Shown here piece by piece: positions 54,404-64,000 of a stretch of DNA of 64,000 bases (its first letter is position 1; each line of letters starts with the position of its first letter). The notes beneath the pieces were generated by a model. It did not search any database, had not been told where the DNA came from, and saw only the letters and a list, made by a program, of their open reading frames with translations. The position numbers were made by a program, and so were the translations under genes. The DNA is from Auanema rhodensis (taxonomy: Eukaryota > Animalia > Nematoda). The stretch spans positions 2,108,001-2,172,000 of the forward strand of contig OZ059898.1 in assembly GCA_964057225.1 (NCBI GenBank). Reading direction: 5' to 3'.

Positions 54404-57400
54404 TTGTCAAAATGTTTTTGGAAGCAATGTTGAGTGTACATGGAAATCAACATACACTAATGCATCATTTTTCAAACGATCATAACTAATTTTTGTATTA
54501 AGCGTTTCTCAATGTATTATAGTGCATTCGATGCGGATTTTTAAGCTGCGTCGATCTGTGTTATCAGATTTGCGCTAGCTTAAAAATGCACCGAGATATC
54601 AACTGATATAAGTTCACACTTATATCCTCGATTTTCACCCTGAAGAATTAATTTTTTCGTTGAATAACATTGTCCATCGTCTTTGCCTTGAAAAAAGGAA
54701 TCTAAAAACATCTACTTTTTGCTAAATTATTTTGAAATTTTTCGAAAAAATTTTTGTCAAAATGTTTTTGGAAGCAATGTTGAGTGTACATGGAAACTCA
54801 ACATACACTAATGCATCATTTTTCAAACGATCATAACTAATTTTTGTATTAAGCGTTTCTCAATGTAGTATAGTGCATTCGATGCGGATTTTTAAGCTGC
54901 GTCGATCTGTGTTATCAGATTTGCGCTAGCTTAAAAATGCACCGAGATATCAACTGATATAAGTTCACACTTATATCCTCGATTTTCACCCTGAAGATTT
55001 AATTTTTTCGTTGAATAACATTGTCCATCGTCTTTGCCTTGAAAAATAAAATCTAAAAACATCTACTTTTTGCTAAATTATTTTGAAATTTTTCGAAAAA
55101 ATTTTTGTCAAAATGTTTTTGGAAGCAATGTTGAGTGTACATGGAAACTCAACATACACTAATGCATCATTTTTCAAACGATCATAACTAATTTTTGTAT
55201 TAAGCGTTTCTCAATGTAGTATAGTGCATTCGATGCGGATTTTTAAGCTGCGTCGATCTGTGTTATCAGATTTGCGCTAGCTTAAAAATGCACCGAGATA
55301 TCAACTGATATAAGTTCACACTTATATCCTCGATTTTCACCCTGAAGAATTAATTTTTTCGTTGAATAACATTGTCCATCGTTTTTGCCTTGAAAAAAGG
55401 AATCTAAAAACATCTACTTTTTGCTAAATTATTTTGAAATTTTTCGAAAAAATTTTTGTCAAAATGTTTTTGGAAGCAATGTTGAGTGTACATGGAAATC
55501 AACATACACTAATGCATCATTTTTCAAACGATCATAACTAATTTTTGTATTAAGCGTTTCTCAATGTATTATAGTGCATTCGATGCGGATTTTTAAGCTG
55601 CGTCGATCTGTGTTATCAGATTTGCGCTAGCTTAAAAATGCACCGAGATATCAACTGATATAAGTTCACACTTATATCCTCGATTTTCACCCTGAAGAAT
55701 TAATTTTTTCGTTGAATAACATTGTCCATCGTCTTTGCCTTGAAAAAAGGAATCTAAAAACATCTACTTTTTGCTAAATTATTTTGAAATTTTTCGAAAA
55801 AATTTTTGTCAAAATGTTTTTGGAAGCAATGTTGAGTGTACATGGAAACTCAACATACACTAATGCATCATTTTTCAAACGATCATAACTAATTTTTGTA
55901 TTAAGCGTTTCTCAATGTAGTATAGTGCATTCGATGCGGATTTTTAAGCTGCGTCGATCTGTGTTATCAGATTTGCGCTAGCTTAAAAATGCACCGAGAT
56001 ATCAACTGATATAAGTTCACACTTATATCCTCGATTTTCACCCTGAAGATTTAATTTTTTCGTTGAATAACATTGTCCATCGTCTTTGCCTTGAAAAATA
56101 AAATCTAAAAACATCTACTTTTTGCTAAATTATTTTGAAATTTTTCGAAAAAATTTTTGTCAAAATGTTTTTGGAAGCAATGTTGAGTGTACATGGAAAC
56201 TCAACATACACTAATGCATCATTTTTCAAACGATCATAACTAATTTTTGTATTAAGCGTTTCTCAATGTATTATAGTGCATTCGATGCGGATTTTTAAGC
56301 TGCGTCGATCTGTGTTATCAGATTTGCGCTAGCTTAAAAATGCACCGAGATATCAACTGATATAAGTTCACACTTATATCCTCGATTTTCACCCTGAAGA
56401 ATTAATTTTTTCGTTGAATAACATTGTCCATCGTCTTTGCCTTGAAAAAAGGAATCTAAAAACATCTACTTTTTGCTAAATTATTTTGAAATTTTTCGAA
56501 AAAATTTTTGTCAAAATGTTTTTGGAAGCAATGTTGAGTGTACATGGAAACTCAACATACACTAATGCATCATTTTTCAAACGATCATAACTAATTTTTG
56601 TATTAAGCGTTTCTCAATGTAGTATAGTGCATTCGATGCGGATTTTTAAGCTGCGTCGATCTGTGTTATCAGATTTGCGCTAGCTTAAAAATGCACCGAG
56701 ATATCAACTGATATAAGTTCACACTTATATCCTCGATTTTCACCCTGAAGATTTAATTTTTTCGTTGAATAACATTGTCCATCGTCTTTGCCTTGAAAAA
56801 TAAAATCTAAAAACATCTACTTTTTGCTAAATTATTTTGAAATTTTTCGAAAAAATTTTTGTCAAAATGTTTTTGGAAGCAATGTTGAGTGTACATGGAA
56901 ACTCAACATACACTAATGCATCATTTTTCAAACGATCATAACTAATTTTTGTATTAAGCGTTTCTCAATGTGGTATAGTGCATTCGATGCGGATTTTTAA
57001 GCTGCGTCGATCTGTGTTATCAGATTTGCGCTAGCTTAAAAATGCACCGAGATATCAACTGATATAAGTTCACACTTATATCCTCGATTTTCACCCTGAA
57101 GATTTAATTTTTTCGTTGAATAACATTGTCCATCGTCTTTGCCTTGAAAAATGGAATCTAAAAACATCTACTTCTTGCTAAATTATTTTGAAATTTTTCG
57201 AAAAAATTTTTGTCAAAATGTTTTTGGAAGCAATGTTGAGTGTACATGGAAACTCAACATACACTAATGCATCATTTTTCAAACGATCATAACTAATTTT
57301 TGTATTAAGCGTTTCTCAATGTAGTATAGTGCATTCGATGCGGATTTTTAAGCTGCGTCGATCTGTGTTATCAGATTTGCGCTAGCTTAAAAATGCACCG

Positions 57401-60400
57401 AGATATCAACTGATATAAGTTCACACTTATATCCTCGATTTTCACCCTGAAGATTTAATTTTTTCGTTGAATAACATTGTCCATCGTCTTTGCCTTGAAA
57501 AATGGAATCTAAAAACATCTACTTTTTGCTAAATTATTTTGAAATTTTTCGAAAAAATTTTTGTCAAAATGTTTTTGGAAGCAATGTTGAGTGTACATGG
57601 AAACTCAACATACACTAATGCATCATTTTTCAAACGATCATAACTAATTTTTGTATTAAGCGTTTCTCAATGTAGTATAGTGCATTCGATGCGGATTTTT
57701 AAGCTGCGTCGATCTGTGTTATCAGATTTGCGCTAGCTTAAAAATGCACCGAGATATCAACTGATATAAGTTCACACTTATATCCTCGATTTTCACCCTG
57801 AAGAATTAATTTTTTCGTTGAATAACATTGTCCATCGTTTTTGCCTTGAAAAAAGGAATCTAAAAACATCTACTTTTTGCTAAATTATTTTGAAATTTTT
57901 CGAAAAAATTTTTGTCAAAATGTTTTTGGAAGCAATGTTGAGTGTACATGGAAACTCAACATACACTAATGCATCATTTTTCAAACGATCATAACTAATT
58001 TTTGTATTAAGCGTTTCTCAATGTAGTATAGTGCATTCGATGCGGATTTTTAAGCTGCGTCGATCTGTGTTATCAGATTTGCGCTAGCTTAAAAATGCAC
58101 CGAGATATCAACTGATATAAGTTCACACTTATATCCTCGATTTTCACCCTGAAGAATTAATTTTTTCGTTGAATAACATTGTCCATCGTTTTTGCCTTGA
58201 AAAAAGGAATCTAAAAACATCTACTTTTTGCTAAATTATTTTGAAATTTTTCGAAAAAATTTTTGTCAAAATGTTTTTGGAAGCAATGTTGAGTGTACAT
58301 GGAAACTCAACATACACTAATGCATCATTTTTCAAACGATCATAACTAATTTTTGTATTAAGCGTTTCTCAATGTAGTATAGTGCATTCGATGCGGATTT
58401 TTAAGCTGCGTCGATCTGTGTTATCAGATTTGCGCTAGCTTAAAAATGCACCGAGATATCAACTGATATAAGTTCACACTTATATCCTCGATTTTCACCC
58501 TGAAGAATTAATTTTTTCGTTGAATAACATTGTCCATCGTTTTTGCCTTGAAAAAAGGAATCTAAAAACATCTACTTTTTGCTAAATTATTTTGAAATTT
58601 TTCGAAAAAATTTTTGTCAAAATGTTTTTGGAAGCAATGTTGAGTGTACATGGAAACTCAACATACACTAATGCATCATTTTTCAAACGATCATAACTAA
58701 TTTTTGTATTAAGCGTTTCTCAATGTAGTATAGTGCATTCGATGCGGATTTTTAAGCTGCGTCGATCTGTGTTATCAGATTTGCGCTAGCTTAAAAATGC
58801 ACCGAGATATCAACTGATATAAGTTCACACTTATATCCTCGATTTTCACCCTGAAGAATTAATTTTTTCGTTGAATAACATTGTCCATCGTTTTTGCCTT
58901 GAAAAAAGGAATCTAAAAACATCTACTTTTTGCTAAATTATTTTGAAATTTTTCGAAAAAATTTTTGTCAAAATGTTTTTGGAAGCAATGTTGAGTGTAC
59001 ATGGAAATCAACATACACTAATGCATCATTTTTCAAACGATCATAACTAATTTTTGTATTAAGCGTTTCTCAATGTATTATAGTGCATTCGATGCGGATT
59101 TTTAAGCTGCGTCGATCTGTGTTATCAGATTTGCGCTAGCTTAAAAATGCACCGAGATATCAACTGATATAAGTTCACACTTATATCCTCGATTTTCACC
59201 CTGAAGAATTAATTTTTTCGTTGAATAACATTGTCCATCGTCTTTGCCTTGAAAAAAGGAATCTAAAAACATCTACTTTTTGCTAAATTATTTTGAAATT
59301 TTCCGAAAAAATTTTTGTCAAAATGTTTTTGGAAGCAATGTTGAGTGTACATGGAAACTCAACATACACTAATGCATCATTTTTCAAACGATCATAACTA
59401 ATTTTTGTATTAAGCGTTTCTCAATGTAGTATAGTGCATTCGATGCGGATTTTTAAGCTGCGTCGATCTGTGTTATCAGATTTGCGCTAGCTTAAAAATG
59501 CACCGAGATATCAACTGATATATGTTCACACTTATATCCTCGATTTTCACCCTGAAGATTTAATTTTTTCGTTGAATAACATTGTCCATCGTCTTTGCCT
59601 TGAAAAATAAAATCTAAAAACATCTACTTTTTGCTAAATTATTTTGAAATTTTTCGAAAAAATTTTTGTCAAAATGTTTTTGGAAGCAATGTTGAGTGTA
59701 CATGGAAACTCAACATACACTAATGCATCATTTTTCAAACGATCATAACTAATTTTTGTATTAAGCGTTTCTCAATGTGGTATAGTGCATTCGATGCGGA
59801 TTTTTGAGCTGCGTCGATCTGTGTTATCAGATTTGCGCTAGCTTAAAAATGCACCGAGATATCAACTGATATAAGTTCACACTTATATCCTCGATTTTCA
59901 CCCTGAAGATTTAATTTTTTCGTTGAATAACATTGTCCATCGTCTTTGCCTTGAAAAATGGAATCTAAAAACATCTACTTCTTGCTAAATTATTTTGAAA
60001 TTTTTCGAAAAAATTTTTGTCAAAATGTTTTTGGAAGCAATGTTGAGTGTACATGGAAACTCAACATACACTAATGCATCATTTTTCAAACGATCATAAC
60101 TAATTTTTGTATTAAGCGTTTCTCAATGTAGTATAGTGCATTCGATGCGGATTTTTAAGCTGCGTCGATCTGTGTTATCAGATTTGCGCTAGCTTAAAAA
60201 TGCACCGAGATATCAACTGATATAAGTTCACACTTATATCCTCGATTTTCACCCTGAAGAATTAATTTTTTCGTTGAATAACATTGTCCATCGTTTTTGC
60301 CTTGAAAAAAGGAATCTAAAAACATCTACTTTTTGCTAAATTATTTTGAAATTTTTCGAAAAAATTTTTGTCAAAATGTTTTTGGAAGCAATGTTGAGTG

Positions 60401-63400
60401 TACATGGAAACTCAACATACACTAATGCATCATTTTTCAAACGATCATAACTAATTTTTGTATTAAGCGTTTCTCAATGTAGTATAGTGCATTCGATGCG
60501 GATTTTTAAGCTGCGTCGATCTGTGTTATCAGATTTGCGCTAGCTTAAAAATGCACCGAGATATCAACTGATATAAGTTCACACTTATATCCTCGATTTT
60601 CACCCTGAAGAATTAATTTTTTCGTTGAATAACATTGTCCATCGTTTTTGCCTTGAAAAAAGGAATCTAAAAACATCTACTTTTTGCTAAATTATTTTGA
60701 AATTTTTCGAAAAAATTTTTGTCAAAATGTTTTTGGAAGCAATGTTGAGTGTACATGGAAATCAACATACACTAATGCATCATTTTTCAAACGATCATAA
60801 CTAATTTTTGTATTAAGCGTTTCTCAATGTATTATAGTGCATTCGATGCGGATTTTTAAGCTGCGTCGATCTGTGTTATCAGATTTGCGCTAGCTTAAAA
60901 ATGCACCGAGATATCAACTGATATAAGTTCACACTTATATCCTCGATTTTCACCCTGAAGAATTAATTTTTTCGTTGAATAACATTGTCCATCGTCTTTG
61001 CCTTGAAAAAAGGAATCTAAAAACATCTACTTTTTGCTAAATTATTTTGAAATTTTCCGAAAAAATTTTTGTCAAAATGTTTTTGGAAGCAATGTTGAGT
61101 GTACATGGAAACTCAACATACACTAATGCATCATTTTTCAAACGATCATAACTAATTTTTGTATTAAGCGTTTCTCAATGTAGTATAGTGCATTCGATGC
61201 GAATTTTTAAGCTGCGTCGATCTGTGTTATCAGATTTGCGCTAGCTTAAAAATGCACCGAGATATCAACTGATATAAGTTCACACTTATATCCTCGATTT
61301 TCACCCTGAAGATTTAATTTTTTCGTTGAATAACATTGTCCATCGTCTTTGCCTTGAAAAATAAAATCTAAAAACATCTACTTTTTGCTAAATTATTTTG
61401 AAATTTTTCGAAAAAATTTTTGTCAAAATGTTTTTGGAAGCAATGTTGAGTGTACATGGAAACTCAACATACACTAATGCATCATTTTTCAAACGATCAT
61501 AACTAATTTTTGTATTAAGCGTTTCTCAATGTGGTATAGTGCATTCGATGCGGATTTTTAAGCTGCGTCGATCTGTGTTATCAGATTTGCGCTAGCTTAA
61601 AAATGCACCGAGATATCAACTGATATAAGTTCACACTTATATCCTCGATTTTCACCCTGAAGATTTAATTTTTTCGTTGAATAACATTGTCCATCGTCTT
61701 TGCCTTGAAAAATGGAATCTAAAAACATCTACTTCTTGCTAAATTATTTTGAAATTTTTCGAAAAAATTTTTGTCAAAATGTTTTTGGAAGCAATGTTGA
61801 GTGTACATGGAAACTCAACATACACTAATGCATCATTTTTCAAACGATCATAACTAATTTTTGTATTAAGCGTTTCTCAATGTAGTATAGTGCATTCGAT
61901 GCGGATTTTTAAGCTGCGTCGATCTGTGTTATCAGATTTGCGCTAGCTTAAAAATGCACCGAGATATCAACTGATATAAGTTCACACTTATATCCTCGAT
62001 TTTCACCCTGAAGATTTAATTTTTTCGTTGAATAACATTGTCCATCGTCTTTGCCTTGAAAAATGGAATCTAAAAACATCTACTTTTTGCTAAATTATTT
62101 TGAAATTTTTCGAAAAAATTTTTGTCAAAATGTTTTTGGAAGCAATGTTGAGTGTACATGGAAACTCAACATACACTAATGCATCATTTTTCAAACGATC
62201 ATAACTAATTTTTGTATTAAGCGTTTCTCAATGTAGTATAGTGCATTCGATGCGGATTTTTAAGCTGCGTCGATCTGTGTTATCAGATTTGCGCTAGCTT
62301 AAAAATGCACCGAGATATCAACTGATATAAGTTCACACTTATATCCTCGATTTTCACCCTGAAGAATTAATTTTTTCGTTGAATAACATTGTCCATCGTT
62401 TTTGCCTTGAAAAAAGGAATCTAAAAACATCTACTTTTTGCTAAATTATTTTGAAATTTTTCGAAAAAATTTTTGTCAAAATGTTTTTGGAAGCAATGTT
62501 GAGTGTACATGGAAACTCAACATACACTAATGCATCATTTTTCAAACGATCATAACTAATTTTTGTATTAAGCGTTTCTCAATGTAGTATAGTGCATTCG
62601 ATGCGGATTTTTAAGCTGCGTCGATCTGTGTTATCAGATTTGCGCTAGCTTAAAAATGCACCGAGATATCAACTGATATAAGTTCACACTTATATCCTCG
62701 ATTTTCACCCTGAAGAATTAATTTTTTCGTTGAATAACATTGTCCATCGTTTTTGCCTTGAAAAAAGGAATCTAAAAACATCTACTTTTTGCTAAATTAT
62801 TTTGAAATTTTTCGAAAAAATTTTTGTCAAAATGTTTTTGGAAGCAATGTTGAGTGTACATGGAAACTCAACATACACTAATGCATCATTTTTCAAACGA
62901 TCATAACTAATTTTTGTATTAAGCGTTTCTCAATGTAGTATAGTGCATTCGATGCGGATTTTTAAGCTGCGTCGATCTGTGTTATCAGATTTGCGCTAGC
63001 TTAAAAATGCACCGAGATATCAACTGATATAAGTTCACACTTATATCCTCGATTTTCACCCTGAAGAATTAATTTTTTCGTTGAATAACATTGTCCATCG
63101 TTTTTGCCTTGAAAAAAGGAATCTAAAAACATCTACTTTTTGCTAAATTATTTTGAAATTTTTCGAAAAAATTTTTGTCAAAATGTTTTTGGAAGCAATG
63201 TTGAGTGTACATGGAAATCAACATACACTAATGCATCATTTTTCAAACGATCATAACTAATTTTTGTATTAAGCGTTTCTCAATGTATTATAGTGCATTC
63301 GATGCGGATTTTTAAGCTGCGTCGATCTGTGTTATCAGATTTGCGCTAGCTTAAAAATGCACCGAGATATCAACTGATATAAGTTCACACTTATATCCTC

Positions 63401-64000
63401 GATTTTCACCCTGAAGAATTAATTTTTTCGTTGAATAACATTGTCCATCGTCTTTGCCTTGAAAAAAGGAATCTAAAAACATCTACTTTTTGCTAAATTA
63501 TTTTGAAATTTTCCGAAAAAATTTTTGTCAAAATGTTTTTGGAAGCAATGTTGAGTGTACATGGAAACTCAACATACACTAATGCATCATTTTTCAAACG
63601 ATCATAACTAATTTTTGTATTAAGCGTTTCTCAATGTAGTATAGTGCATTCGATGCGGATTTTTAAGCTGCGTCGATCTGTGTTATCAGATTTGCGCTAG
63701 CTTAAAAATGCACCGAGATATCAACTGATATAAGTTCACACTTATATCCTCGATTTTCACCCTGAAGATTTAATTTTTTCGTTGAATAACATTGTCCATC
63801 GTCTTTGCCTTGAAAAATAAAATCTAAAAACATCTACTTTTTGCTAAATTATTTTGAAATTTTTCGAAAAAATTTTTGTCAAAATGTTTTTGGAAGCAAT
63901 GTTGAGTGTACATGGAAACTCAACATACACTAATGCATCATTTTTCAAACGATCATAACTAATTTTTGTATTAAGCGTTTCTCAATGTGGTATAGTGCAT
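54404..64000. repeat. Variable-length HOR built on a core of H (delC44, G115T), J (GG295-296AA) and K (A114G, T316C) with a variable number of B/D monomers
   Basis: Units start at 54404, 55456, 56157, 58965, 60719 and 63175. The first five are 3, 2, 8, 5 and 7 monomers long and the last is truncated by the window edge. The unit at 56157 has G115T but not the deletion, and the first two units lack K. Confidence 0.85.

Larger units (their letters stand above)
1..64000. repeat. Tandem satellite DNA array, 351-bp monomer, 182 full copies plus 125 bp, head-to-tail; extends beyond both window edges
   Basis: TTGTCAAAATGTTTTTGGAAG recurs at 1, 352, 703 ... 3511, 7021, 14041 (exact multiples of 351). 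The phase shifts only at seven 1-bp deletions (monomers starting 16849, 17199, 54404, 55456, 58965, 60719, 63175). 182x351-7=63875, matching the last monomer start at 63876. Confidence 0.99.

Noticed and set aside
1-64000. Giant repeat-protein ORF, since 351 is divisible by 3
   Set aside because: All six frames hit stops in the monomer: plus strand TGA at 28-30, TAA at 56-58 and TAA at 81-83; minus strand stops from TCA at 4, 45 and 107.
1-64000. CRISPR array or other repeat-spacer system
   Set aside because: There are no unique spacers; the full 351 bp is repeated, and no cas or other genes are present.
1-64000. Monomer order as an information-bearing code, or the array as a sequencing concatemer artefact
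   Set aside because: The order is explained by nested tandem duplications. Linked rare variants recurring in HOR patterns indicate real evolutionary history rather than random read error.

Overview
The whole 64 kb window is one uninterrupted, single-orientation tandem array of a 351-bp AT-rich monomer (about 31% GC by hand count). It holds 182 complete copies plus a 125-bp partial copy; seven copies are 350 bp because of 1-bp deletions. Copies differ by only a few bases. I found no genes, RNA genes, CRISPR spacers, inversions or transposon insertions. It looks like highly homogenised eukaryotic satellite DNA, possibly centromeric or pericentromeric, but I cannot name the family or organism. 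Positions below are monomer positions, with the monomer starting at TTGTCAAAAT. Typing monomers by eye gives five main haplotypes: A (T192/A195), B (T245/T294), C (G234/C282), D (T279) and E (none of these). Their order reveals local higher-order repeats of 3, 4, 6, 9, 10 and 15 monomers, an internal 7-monomer duplication, a variable-length HOR at the right end, and a haplotype turnover near 16-18 kb. The monomer has four clear stem-loops, and one haplotype-defining double substitution may have been templated by a quasi-palindrome. I do not see a new gene system; the interest lies in satellite architecture. All typing was manual and should be confirmed by alignment.
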